In this document: in pieces, positions 16,633 through 25,143 of the stretch
Layout: the number at the start of each line of letters is the position of its first letter
Numbering within the stretch: position 1 is the first letter of the stretch
Source of the DNA: an uncultured Spirochaetaceae bacterium
GTDB lineage: Bacteria > Spirochaetota > Spirochaetia > Sphaerochaetales > Sphaerochaetaceae
Direction: 5' to 3'
Assembly (NCBI GenBank): GCA_944392935.1
Contig: CALXYI010000032.1
Coordinates: 132-64,131, forward strand
DNA length: 64,000 nt
Notes under the pieces: generated by a model
The model's input: the letters and a program-made list of their open reading frames with translations, nothing else
Databases searched by the model: none
What the model was told of the DNA's origin: nothing
Translations under genes and position numbers: made by a program

Positions 16633-16742
16633 CCATGATGCTCATGGCCTTGCTTCGCTTATCCGGACGGAAATGGCCTGAAGCTGTTTATTTTCACATT
16701 TCTGCCGTTTCCTGTTCTATAATATAGGTGCAGGAGGTGCGT

Positions 16743-17387
16743 ATGGGCAGAAGTACGGTATTCACGATCGGACGTCAGTTCGGTTCGGGTGGAAGGATGG
16801 TGGGGAAGGCCCTCTCCGAAAAGCTTGGCATCCCTTATTATGACAAGGAGCTCCTGGCTATGGCAGCCAAGGACAGCGGATACTCTGAGGAGCTCTTCCG
16901 CAATGCCGATGAGCGCCCGGCCTCATCGCTTCTGTATTCGCTTGTGATGGGGAACTACCCTATGTCGTCGGGGACGCTCGGCTTCAATGAGATGCCTCTG
17001 AACGATCAGCTCTTCCTCATACAGTCCAATACCATCAGGAAGGTCGCCAGGCAGGGGTCATGCATCGTGATCGGGAGATGCGCTGACTATATACTCAGAG
17101 GCACTCCGGATCTCATCTCGGTCTTCATCCATGCGCCGCTCGAGGCAAGGGTGAAGCGCGCTATCGAGTTCTATGGCGTTCCGAAGGACAAGGCAGAGGA
17201 GGTCTGCCTCAAGAACGACAAGAGCCGTGCGAACTTCTACAACTACTACTCGGATCAGAAGTGGGGTATGTGCAGGACCTATTCGATCTCCCTCGATTCA
17301 GCCCTTCTCGGAATAGACGGATGCGTCGATGAGATCGTTCATTTCATGGAGCTGTCGGAGAAGCACAAGGGCACTGACGGCATATGA
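16743..17387 (+). CDS. Cytidylate kinase-like family protein (second paralog), function unknown
   Basis: Start moved to ATG 16743 behind AGGAGG. FTIGRQFGSGGRMVGKALSEKLGIPYYDKELL and IVIGRCADYIL parallel the gene at 12478. Confidence 0.85.
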   Translation: MGRSTVFTIGRQFGSGGRMVGKALSEKLGIPYYDKELLAMAAKDSGYSEELFRNADERPASSLLYSLVMGNYPMSSGTLGFNEMPLNDQLFLIQSNTIRKVARQGSCIVIGRCADYILRGTPDLISVFIHAPLEARVKRAIEFYGVPKDKAEEVCLKNDKSRANFYNYYSDQKWGMCRTYSISLDSALLGIDGCVDEIVHFMELSEKHKGTDGI

Positions 17388-17761
17388 TCGTCTTCGATAC
17401 CCTATCGCAGCTTGAGAGCTATCAGGTGGCGTTTCCAGAGATCGGCACCATCATAGGCGTCATGGACCGCTCCCTGCCGTATGACCAGGGGCCAGGGCGC
17501 TATGATACCCCTGAGGAAAGCAGTGTCCGCTACATAATCGATGAGGGGCTCACTTCCGATAAAGGCTTCATCGCGGAGCCTTTCAGCGGAATGAAGGTGA
17601 TGGAGGTAGTCCTTGCAGGCAATGAGCTCGTATCCCTCTCCGGATCGGTATTCCGGATGGAGGAGGGCCGGTTCCTCATATACTCCGGCGACGAGGCCGT
17701 GAAGCGGGGGCAGATGTACGCGCTGCCATCTCCCTTCAAGGCCGTGCGCTTCGTGTTCTGA
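17384..17761 (+). CDS. Small protein, YhcH/YjgK/YiaL (DUF386)-like, degenerate
   Basis: ATGA overlap with the upstream gene. GPGRYDT resembles the family PGRYEL motif, and the C-terminal beta-rich region is collinear. The conserved His residues are not evident. Confidence 0.5.
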   Translation: MIVFDTLSQLESYQVAFPEIGTIIGVMDRSLPYDQGPGRYDTPEESSVRYIIDEGLTSDKGFIAEPFSGMKVMEVVLAGNELVSLSGSVFRMEEGRFLIYSGDEAVKRGQMYALPSPFKAVRFVF

Positions 17762-17767
17762 ATGGAA

Positions 17768-17790
17768 ATGCCTGGCGGTCTGCCAGGCAT
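17768..17790. terminator. Bidirectional hairpin between convergent genes
   Basis: ATGCCTGGC-GGTCT-GCCAGGCAT: a 9-bp perfect stem. Confidence 0.6.
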
Positions 17791-17811
17791 CGATGGATCC
17801 GGGATGTGCTA

Positions 17812-19386
17812 TCAGTTCCCTGTGATATACGCAATCAGGTCATCCACAAGGATATCGAGCTGCGCAGCAGCCTCCTCCGCGGAGATGGAACCAGGATAGG
17901 TTATCGTTGCCTGCCCGTTCCCGTCGAGCGTATATGCAACCCCGAGATCGCCAAGGCCGTATCTGCCGTTCTCCAGCGCGAAGAAAGCCTCGGCCTCGCT
18001 GTCTGCCACGGAGGCAGGATACTCCAGCACGGCCTTCCCGCTGCCGATGGTGGCCGTAAGGGTGCTGCCGCCATATTCATATGTGCGCACCACGCTCTCT
18101 TCCTCATCCCTCTCTATGCCATTGAGCGTGATGTCGAAGATCAGCAGTGAATTCGGCTCGATCGTAGGCGTGCCGCTCTCTCCATAGCCAAGCGCTGGCG
18201 GTATGTACGCCCTTATCGAATCGCCTGCGGTCATCGTCTGGACAGCCTCGCTGAATCCGGGGATCAGGGCGTCGAGCGCGAATGATACGTCCTCTCCCTG
18301 ATCCATGACCGTACCATCCATCAGGGTCAGCGTATAGTCGACGCGGACGGTATCGGAAGCTTCGGGCATCGCGCTTTCCGTCGTATCGTCATAGATCATC
18401 TCTATCTGCACGCCGGAAGGCAGGACGGTGATGCCTTCCCTCCCCAGGTTGTCCTCCAGGAATGCCTCGGCTGCGGCAAGATTGCTCTCTGCCTTCTCCT
18501 CAAGCCAGATCCTGTAGTCCTCTTCCATCTTCTCGATATAGGCCTCGATGAAGCTGTTCATCTCCTCCTCAGTGAAGAGCGGATCGGCTCCGTAGAGAGC
18601 CGTGAGCGTGCCCTGTGCGAATTCCGGGCCGCTTATGGCTATGCCGCCATAGAGGAGGTTGAGGACCGTGAAGTATCCGTATGAATATGCGAACCTGTCC
18701 TCAAGCGGTTCCGGTGCCTCGAGGGCCATGATCGCATCCATGTCAGCGATTATCTCGCCGTAATCCGTCGGAAGCCCGGCTGCGAAGACGTTGTTGATGA
18801 AATCCGACAGCGCGGTCTGCATCTCGCTTGCGGCGACGAGCGGGGATGATGCAGCTGCGGCATCGATTATGCCGCGTGCGAAGTAGCCGCCCCTGGGATA
18901 GAGCCCCTGCGCTATCAGGGACTTCATCGAGAGATAGCCGTAGGAGTAGGCGAATGCCGAATCGATATCATCGGCATCGATTCCTGCGACGCTTATCGTG
19001 ACTCCTGGCATCGTGGGCCGCTCTGCGATCGTTCCATCGATCAGCCCTTTCTCCACAGCCTCCGTTACGGAGCGCACATGCGAGATCGGCATCTGCGGCG
19101 GCAGTGACATCGTCATCACGCCTGTGTCGCGCACGAGGATGAAGTCCCCGTCCTTGATATCCTGGAGCGCATAGCCTTCCTCCGTGGCTGTCATTGCCTC
19201 CGAGGCTGTGTAGATGACCCTCTCGCCATTCTGGCGGAGAGTATCGATCATGTATGTTCCGTTCTCATCTACCGTCACGCCTGTCACCTTGGCCAGCGTC
19301 TCTCCCGGCTGCGGCTCGGTGACGCCCCGTGCGAACAGCATCAGGCCTGCGATCAGGAGCACCGATAGCATGGATAGTCTCTTCAT
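17812..19386 (-). CDS. Secreted FKBP-type peptidyl-prolyl cis-trans isomerase (Mip-like) with a C-terminal extension
   Basis: Start moved to ATG 19386 behind GGAGGG. Signal peptide MKRLSMLSVLLIAGLMLFA. Two FAYSYGY-containing Mip-type N-terminal repeats. FKBP_C domain (VRVDYTLTLMDGTVMDQ...IPGFSEAVQTM...GYGESG...LLIFDITL). About 110 extra C-terminal residues. Confidence 0.9.
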   Translation of the reverse strand: MKRLSMLSVLLIAGLMLFARGVTEPQPGETLAKVTGVTVDENGTYMIDTLRQNGERVIYTASEAMTATEEGYALQDIKDGDFILVRDTGVMTMSLPPQMPISHVRSVTEAVEKGLIDGTIAERPTMPGVTISVAGIDADDIDSAFAYSYGYLSMKSLIAQGLYPRGGYFARGIIDAAAASSPLVAASEMQTALSDFINNVFAAGLPTDYGEIIADMDAIMALEAPEPLEDRFAYSYGYFTVLNLLYGGIAISGPEFAQGTLTALYGADPLFTEEEMNSFIEAYIEKMEEDYRIWLEEKAESNLAAAEAFLEDNLGREGITVLPSGVQIEMIYDDTTESAMPEASDTVRVDYTLTLMDGTVMDQGEDVSFALDALIPGFSEAVQTMTAGDSIRAYIPPALGYGESGTPTIEPNSLLIFDITLNGIERDEEESVVRTYEYGGSTLTATIGSGKAVLEYPASVADSEAEAFFALENGRYGLGDLGVAYTLDGNGQATITYPGSISAEEAAAQLDILVDDLIAYITGN

Positions 19387-19493
19387 TCCATTTCCCTCCA
19401 TTCTGTGGAATCAATATGAATTTAGCCGCACTTGCATGATGCGGTCAACGAAGCGGCATGGAGATTGTATGGATATGCTGTTACAATGCGCTC

Positions 19494-19976
19494 ATGAACG
19501 ATACGGACAGAAGGCTTCTCCTGCGCACTGCGGAGATAGCCCATGAGGCAATGGAGAAAGGCAATCATCCCTTCGGCGCGCTTCTCGCCGACAAGGACGG
19601 CAGGATACTGATGGAGCAGGGCAATGCATTCACGGAGGGCGGAAGCGCCTATCATGCGGAGACACTGCTGCTGCTGAGGGCGGCGAAGGAGTACTCTCCT
19701 GGATTCCTGCGCACCTGCACGCTCTACTCCAATTTCGAGCCCTGCTGCATGTGCACGGGCGCTCTCTACTGGACGAATGTCGGCCGCCTCGTCTTCGGTG
19801 CGACGGAGAAGGATCTGCTCTCATTCACAGGTGACAACGAGGAGAATCCGACTTTCTCGCTGTCCTCCCGTGATGTGGTTGCGCATGGGCAGAAGGATAT
19901 AGCGATAGAAGGGCCGGTGGAGGATAAGGAGCTTCTCTCTGTCCTTGTGCATGACCATATCGGATTCTGGAAATGA
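19494..19976 (+). CDS. CDA-fold nucleoside/nucleobase deaminase (TadA/GuaD-like)
   Basis: Zinc motifs HAE (AYHAETLLL) and PCxxC (EPCCMCTGAL). Start taken at MNDTDRR (ATG 19494). Confidence 0.85.
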   Translation: MNDTDRRLLLRTAEIAHEAMEKGNHPFGALLADKDGRILMEQGNAFTEGGSAYHAETLLLLRAAKEYSPGFLRTCTLYSNFEPCCMCTGALYWTNVGRLVFGATEKDLLSFTGDNEENPTFSLSSRDVVAHGQKDIAIEGPVEDKELLSVLVHDHIGFWK

Positions 19977-20917
19977 TCGGGAATCTCCTCCCATCCATCC
20001 TCAGGCATGGGAATATCTCGCGCATAGCCGATGATGGTGTCTACATCACCGACAGGCGCCGCCTGCCTTTCTCCCGCGAGGAGGTCTTCTGCCCTGACTC
20101 CATCGCCGTGGCAGCGGCCATAAAGGATATGGTGACGCAGGGCGGGGGACCTCTGGAGGCAGCGCTCAATGCCATCCTTCTCGATTGGCGGAGGGACCAT
20201 GGCAGCATAGAGCGTGCTGCGGCAGCGCTCTCCGCTGCGCGGCCTACGAACACGACGATGAAGCGCGAGCTGCAGAGCATCCTCGCAAGGGTGGAGGATG
20301 GCGAGGATATGGAAGAGATCATACCATCGGTCTTCCAGCGCTATGATGAGCTGTATGACAGGATATCCGATATAGGGGAGAGCCTTATATCGGATGGGGA
20401 CGGCATACTCACGACATGCTTCCCGGAGCATACCTTCATGCTTTCCGTGGCGAAGGCCAGGCAGAACGGCAAGGACATAACCGTCTATGTCCCTGAGACA
20501 AGGCCGTATCTGCAGGGATCCAGGCTCACCGAGCCATGCCTCAGGGAAATGGGCATCCGCACCTTCCTGATAACCGATGGCATGGGTGCCCATTTCCTCC
20601 GGGAAGGGCGCATACAGCTCTATATGACGGCATCCGACCTCGCGCTTCCCGACAGGACGGTGGTCAACAAGACCGGAACGCTTGCCAATGCGATAGCCGC
20701 GGCGCGATACGGGGTGCCTTACTATGCATTCTCCCTCGGTTTCGACGCAGGACGCGGGCGTGATGATATTGACATCGAATACAGGGATGGCGCTAGCCTT
20801 AGGCGGATAGGCCGCGAAAGGACCGCAGAGGATGAGGCGGAGGCCCTCTATCCCTGCTTTGACGTGATAGATCCGGAACTCGTGGCCGGCATCGTGATGG
20901 ATGGAGGAATATATTGA
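19973..20917 (+). CDS. eIF-2B alpha/beta/delta family protein (methylthioribose-1-phosphate isomerase MtnA-like)
   Basis: ATGA overlap with the upstream gene. GGGPLEAAL and TVVNKTGTLANAIAAARYGVPYYAF are typical of MtnA/eIF-2B-like isomerases. It is shorter than a typical MtnA. Confidence 0.75.
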   Translation: MIGNLLPSILRHGNISRIADDGVYITDRRRLPFSREEVFCPDSIAVAAAIKDMVTQGGGPLEAALNAILLDWRRDHGSIERAAAALSAARPTNTTMKRELQSILARVEDGEDMEEIIPSVFQRYDELYDRISDIGESLISDGDGILTTCFPEHTFMLSVAKARQNGKDITVYVPETRPYLQGSRLTEPCLREMGIRTFLITDGMGAHFLREGRIQLYMTASDLALPDRTVVNKTGTLANAIAAARYGVPYYAFSLGFDAGRGRDDIDIEYRDGASLRRIGRERTAEDEAEALYPCFDVIDPELVAGIVMDGGIY

Positions 20918-21630
20918 AGGCGATAATAGGCGGAACAGGCATAGATGGCGACAGGAGATTCTCCGAGGGCATGGAATGGGTGGTCAACAGATACGGCCAG
21001 GCAATGTATTCGGTGATCGATGGCGTGGTGTTCCTTCCCCGCCATGCTCCCGGGCATGCCATACCTCCCCACAGGATAAACTACCGTGCCAATGTGCAGG
21101 CCCTTGCCGATCTGGGTGTCGATTCCGTCATCTCGATATATGCCGTAGGCTCCATAACCCGCCGCATGTCACCCGGGCGCTTCGGGCTTGTCCGTGATTT
21201 CATAGACTTCGCATTCGGGCGGGAGAATACGTTCTATGACGGAGTGGAGGCTCCCGCGAAGCATACGCCGTTCGTGACTCCGTTCGACAGCGCACTCAAG
21301 GCGGCTTTCGCCCGCACGGCGATCGAGGCAGGGCATCCGCTTCCTGTGGAGACTGTATACATAACCACCAACGGGCCTCGTCTCGAGACTCCTGCGGAGA
21401 TCGAGGCATTCCGGAACATGGGGGCCGATATAGTCGGCATGACGCTTGCTACCGAGGCAGAGCTGCTGATGGAAGCCGGAATCAGGAACGCGGCTGTCGC
21501 CTATTCCATAAACTGGGCGGCAGGGCTTGATGCGGAAGGGGTGTCGTTCCTTGAGGATGAGAGCATAAGGAGGCTGAGCGATACGCTCATCTCCCTTGCC
21601 CTGAGGACATTCTCAGCCATTCCCTCCTGA
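20914..21630 (+). CDS. mtnP: S-methyl-5'-thioadenosine phosphorylase-like purine nucleoside phosphorylase
   Basis: TTG start overlapping the upstream stop (TTGA), behind GGAGGA. MKAIIGGTG, LPRHAPGHAIPPHRINYRANVQAL and VGMTLATEAEL. Confidence 0.85.
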   Translation: MKAIIGGTGIDGDRRFSEGMEWVVNRYGQAMYSVIDGVVFLPRHAPGHAIPPHRINYRANVQALADLGVDSVISIYAVGSITRRMSPGRFGLVRDFIDFAFGRENTFYDGVEAPAKHTPFVTPFDSALKAAFARTAIEAGHPLPVETVYITTNGPRLETPAEIEAFRNMGADIVGMTLATEAELLMEAGIRNAAVAYSINWAAGLDAEGVSFLEDESIRRLSDTLISLALRTFSAIPS

Positions 21631-21708
21631 ATGTTTTTCCTCTGTTGTTTCGATGAAGACGGACACGGGGACGGATGGAAGTGCTATCTTTCACCATGAG
21701 GTGATAGC

Positions 21709-22092
21709 ATGAAGAAAAGCCATATCGTCATTCTTGCATTCTCGATCCTGCTGCTCGTGCTGGGATTGGGAATGACGGTCTGCGGTGCTCTGTCCGGCGC
21801 TCCGCACGCATATTCGTATCATCACGGCCCGGGATTCTGGTATTATTCGGTCCGGTATGATTCCGCACTGCCCGCTCCATCGGCTCCAGCCTACACATCG
21901 TTCGGGCATCTCGCTTTCGATGCCGGACTTGTGCTGATGGTCATATTCGTTATCCTCAGGCATTCCTCACGCAACGACGAGGAGCTGCGCGGGAAGGAGA
22001 GGAAGGCAGAGCGCATCGATGCAGCCAGGGCGAGGGCGGAGGCAGTGGATGCCGAAGTGCATGAGGAGAACGGTACGGGCGACCGGCAGTAG
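21709..22092 (+). CDS. Small membrane protein, function unknown
   Basis: GAGGTGA RBS. Two predicted TM segments, then a charged K/E/R/A-rich tail. Confidence 0.6.
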   Translation: MKKSHIVILAFSILLLVLGLGMTVCGALSGAPHAYSYHHGPGFWYYSVRYDSALPAPSAPAYTSFGHLAFDAGLVLMVIFVILRHSSRNDEELRGKERKAERIDAARARAEAVDAEVHEENGTGDRQ

Positions 22093-22142
22093 CCGATGCT
22101 GACAGACAGGCCCTGATGGGATATCATCAGCGCGGAGGGTGT

Positions 22143-23051
22143 ATGGGAGATATCCTTGCCAGGGCTTTGTTCTTTCTTCTGATGGTGGCGCTAGGCTATG
22201 CCATGAAGCGCCTCAGGCTCCTGTCAAGGGAGGATGGCGTATCGCTTTCGAAGGTCGTCCTGTACATAACGCTTCCCTGCGCGATAATCACAGGATTCCG
22301 CGATTTCCCGTTCCGCCTGGATTACATGTCCATCCCGCTCATCTCATTCCTCTCGAATTCCCTGATGCTCATCCTGGGCTATGCGATGACCCGCGGAAGG
22401 CCGCGGAATGAGCGTGTATTCTACATGCTCGCGCTTCCCGCGTACAATATCGGGAACTTCACGCTCCCGTTCGTCTCCGGAATGCTCGGGACGGCAGGGA
22501 TCGTGGCAACATGCCTCTTCGATATGGGCAACTCGCCGATGTGCATAGGACTGGATCTCGTCTTCACTGCAGCCGCCATCGGATGCAGCGGCGGAAGGAG
22601 CCCGCTCAGGGCTGTCCTGTCCATATTCGGCAAGCCGTCATTCACCGTCTATGCCATAATGCTCATCCTCTCCGCATTCTCGCTCCATCTGCCGTCAGCC
22701 ATCTATGATTTCGCCTCCCTCATAAGCCCTGCGAACGGGCCTATGTCGATGGTTATGATCGGCCTGATGCTCGAGTTCAGCATGGACCGCACGAAGCTCA
22801 GGGAGGCAGTATCGGCAAATGTCCTGCGCTTGCTGCTCGCTGCCGCCATCTCATCCCTCTTCTTCACCTATGCACCATTCCCGTATGAGGTCAGGAAGGC
22901 CGTTGCCATAACGGCATTCGCCCCGATAAGCTCAGCAAGCGCCGCGTTCACCGCGGAGCTGAAGGGCGATGTGGGGCTTCTTGGATTCGCGAGCACCGTC
23001 TCCATCATCATTTCGCTTCTGCTGATGCCTCTTCTCTTCGTTCTGCTGTAG
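22143..23051 (+). CDS. AEC (auxin efflux carrier) family transporter
   Basis: Start moved to ATG 22143 behind GGAGGG. Polytopic, with an N-terminus typical of the AEC family (ALFFLLMVALGYAMKRLRLLSREDG). Confidence 0.85.
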   Translation: MGDILARALFFLLMVALGYAMKRLRLLSREDGVSLSKVVLYITLPCAIITGFRDFPFRLDYMSIPLISFLSNSLMLILGYAMTRGRPRNERVFYMLALPAYNIGNFTLPFVSGMLGTAGIVATCLFDMGNSPMCIGLDLVFTAAAIGCSGGRSPLRAVLSIFGKPSFTVYAIMLILSAFSLHLPSAIYDFASLISPANGPMSMVMIGLMLEFSMDRTKLREAVSANVLRLLLAAAISSLFFTYAPFPYEVRKAVAITAFAPISSASAAFTAELKGDVGLLGFASTVSIIISLLLMPLLFVLL

Positions 23052-23121
23052 GCTGTGGTTGACCTCTCCCATCCGATGGGGTATATTCTACGGGAAAACG
23101 GAATTCTATAAGGAGAAGAAG

Positions 23122-23286
23122 ATGTCCAAAGCACATAGAGGAACAGGTATCCGCGATCAGTTCAACAACGGAAGGGCAACATGCCCGGTCTGCGGCAGAA
23201 CAGCCATCAAGTGCCTTTACGAGAAGGAGATTGACGGAAACAAGGTCAAGATCTGCAAGGAATGCAACGCAAAGCTTTCCAAGTAA
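23122..23286 (+). CDS. Small zinc-ribbon protein (54 aa), function unknown
   Basis: Start at MSKAHRG behind AAGGAGAAG. Two CxxC pairs (CPVCGRT and CKEC). Confidence 0.65.
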   Translation: MSKAHRGTGIRDQFNNGRATCPVCGRTAIKCLYEKEIDGNKVKICKECNAKLSK

Positions 23287-23322
23287 GTATGCTCTCGTTC
23301 AGGAAGAAAGATGATGAGGAAT

Positions 23323-23353
23323 TGAGGATGCACTTCGCTGCACCCTCATTTTT
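23323..23353 (+). terminator. Hairpin plus T-run after the zinc-ribbon gene (terminator, or a start-site-sequestering structure)
   Basis: TGAGGATGCA-CTTCGC-TGCACCCTCA (10 bp, one A-C mismatch) followed by TTTTT. The stem contains GAGG and ATG 23328. Confidence 0.4.
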
Positions 23354-23717
23354 CGCATCAATAGGGAAGGACTGCACGGCTGAGACGCCCAGGGATGCAA
23401 GGCTGCTATGCGAGAGGGAAAGCCCCTGCTCCGCTGTATTCATACCTTCTCCCCAGGTCTTCTCGGCGCCTCGTGCATGGGCCTCCGCGCTTTCCTCCGC
23501 ATCGTATCTCGTCGTGATAGGCGATGCCAGGATAAGGGCATTCTCCTCATTCATGGGCCTGCTTGACGGCATCGTCTTCTCGCCAGCCCCGAGGAAGCTC
23601 TCATCCGCATTCATCGTGCAGACCCGCGATGAGGCCCTCGCCCTGATCGAAGGGGCGGGAGCTGCATATCCCTCGGTACTCACCATCCGTGCATCCGGGA
23701 CAGGAGACCAGCAATGA
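23328..23717 (+). CDS. Hypothetical protein (uncertain ORF upstream of yicC)
   Basis: The only argument for coding is that the frame stays open and its stop forms an ATGA overlap with the yicC start. The start is unclear (ATG 23328, GTG 23512 or ATG 23553). An antisense ORF is equally open. See findings. Confidence 0.3.
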   Translation: MHFAAPSFFASIGKDCTAETPRDARLLCERESPCSAVFIPSPQVFSAPRAWASALSSASYLVVIGDARIRAFSSFMGLLDGIVFSPAPRKLSSAFIVQTRDEALALIEGAGAAYPSVLTIRASGTGDQQ

Positions 23718-24577
23718 ACAGCATGACAGGCTATGGCCATTCGGTATTCCGCAGCGATGACTATATCGTGGAATGCGAGATAAAGGGCTACAACAGCCGC
23801 TATCTCGATATCGTGCACAACATCTCGCCATCCCTCTCTTCGTTCGAGGCCTATATCGACGGAGAGATAGGGAAGGCCGCGAAGCGCGGCAGGGTGGAGA
23901 TAAGCATGAGGCTCCGCGTCATCCGCAGCAGCGTCGATCTCATGATAGATGACGGTCTCCTCTCATCATACCGCGATGCCTTCAGAAGCATATGCACATC
24001 ATCCGGCTGCGCTTCACCATCCCTCCAGGACTATCTTGCCGTGGAGGGGATACTCACGCCTGTGCGCTCTGACAGCGCTGAGAGCTATGAAGATGGTGTC
24101 AGGACTTCCCTCAGGGAGGCCCTTTCAGCATTCGCTGAAGGGCGGGCGAGGGAAGGCCTGGGCACACTGGAGGACCTGAGGAGGCTGGGGGACAGGTTCG
24201 AGGCCTCCCTCTCCGGCATCGAGGAGAGCGCAGGGGAGCTTGAGGAGCATTACAGGAAGCTGCTGACGGAGAAGTATGAGGAGCTTACGGAAAGGAAGGG
24301 GGATTCCCCTGATTTCATGGCAGAGCTCGCTGCTGTCCTCGTGCGCTACTCCATAAACGAGGAGGTGCAGAGGCTCAGGGTGCATATAGCGGAATACAGC
24401 CGTCTCCTCTCATCCTCCGAGCCTGTCGGCAAGAAGCTCGATTTCCTCTGCCAGGAGATGCAGAGGGAGTGCAATACGATTGCATCCAAGAGCCAGCTTG
24501 TAGGTATCAACCTCCGTGTCGTGGGCATGAAGGATGATATAGAGAACATACGTGAGCAGATAAGGAACATCGAATGA
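23714..24577 (+). CDS. yicC: YicC/YloC family endoribonuclease (stress-induced protein)
   Basis: N-terminal MNSMTGYG and C-terminal LCQEMQRECNTIASKS...DIENIREQIRNIE are typical of the family. Confidence 0.9.
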   Translation: MNSMTGYGHSVFRSDDYIVECEIKGYNSRYLDIVHNISPSLSSFEAYIDGEIGKAAKRGRVEISMRLRVIRSSVDLMIDDGLLSSYRDAFRSICTSSGCASPSLQDYLAVEGILTPVRSDSAESYEDGVRTSLREALSAFAEGRAREGLGTLEDLRRLGDRFEASLSGIEESAGELEEHYRKLLTEKYEELTERKGDSPDFMAELAAVLVRYSINEEVQRLRVHIAEYSRLLSSSEPVGKKLDFLCQEMQRECNTIASKSQLVGINLRVVGMKDDIENIREQIRNIE

Positions 24578-25119
24578 GGATCGCTATTTCATCCAGGAGC
24601 GGCTGCGGCAACACCACTGTCACAAGGCTCGTATCGGAGGCCCTGGGCTATCCGATGATCAATTTCACATTCAGGCAGATGGCTGAGGAGAGAGGCGTGG
24701 ATTTCTGGGAGTTCTGCGCCATGGCTGAGAAGGACTGGGAGATCGACAGGGAGCTTGACAGACGCCAGGTCGAGATGGCGATGTCTGTCCCTGACTGCGT
24801 GCTGGGCTCCCGGCTGGCTATATGGATGCTCAAGGAGGCCGAGCTCAAGGTCTACCTCACGGCATCCCCCGAGACGCGTGCCAGGCGCATACAGAAGAGG
24901 GAAGGCGGCACGTTCGAGGAACGCTACAGGGAGACAGTGACGCGCGACGGCAATGATACGGAGCGCTACAGGAAGATATACGGGATAGACAACAGCACCG
25001 CATCCTCCGTAGCCGATATGATAATAGCCACTGATGATATATCCCCGGAGGAGATAGCGGCCATGATAGTCGGCAGGGCCAGGGGTATTGGCAAGGACAG
25101 CTCTTCTCTGGTACGATAA
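24574..25119 (+). CDS. Archaeal-type (d)CMP kinase-like protein
   Basis: ATGA overlap with yicC. Collinear with archaeal Cmk (EIDRELDRRQVEMA, ERYRKIYGID). The P-loop region SRSGCGNTT is degenerate. Confidence 0.75.
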   Translation: MRIAISSRSGCGNTTVTRLVSEALGYPMINFTFRQMAEERGVDFWEFCAMAEKDWEIDRELDRRQVEMAMSVPDCVLGSRLAIWMLKEAELKVYLTASPETRARRIQKREGGTFEERYRETVTRDGNDTERYRKIYGIDNSTASSVADMIIATDDISPEEIAAMIVGRARGIGKDSSSLVR

Positions 25120-25143
25120 CAAGGCTGTAATAAGGAGATTCAC

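Noticed and set aside
23246-23818. 190-aa minus-strand ORF spanning the yicC start and the upstream gap.
   Set aside because: Its upstream third is simply the codon-aligned antisense of yicC. A start at 23686 would put it 28 nt from the yicC start with no RBS. Its 3' end would overlap the zinc-ribbon gene by 40 nt. The product is an Ala/Ser-rich low-complexity sequence. I kept it only as the alternative explanation in the finding on 23287..23717.
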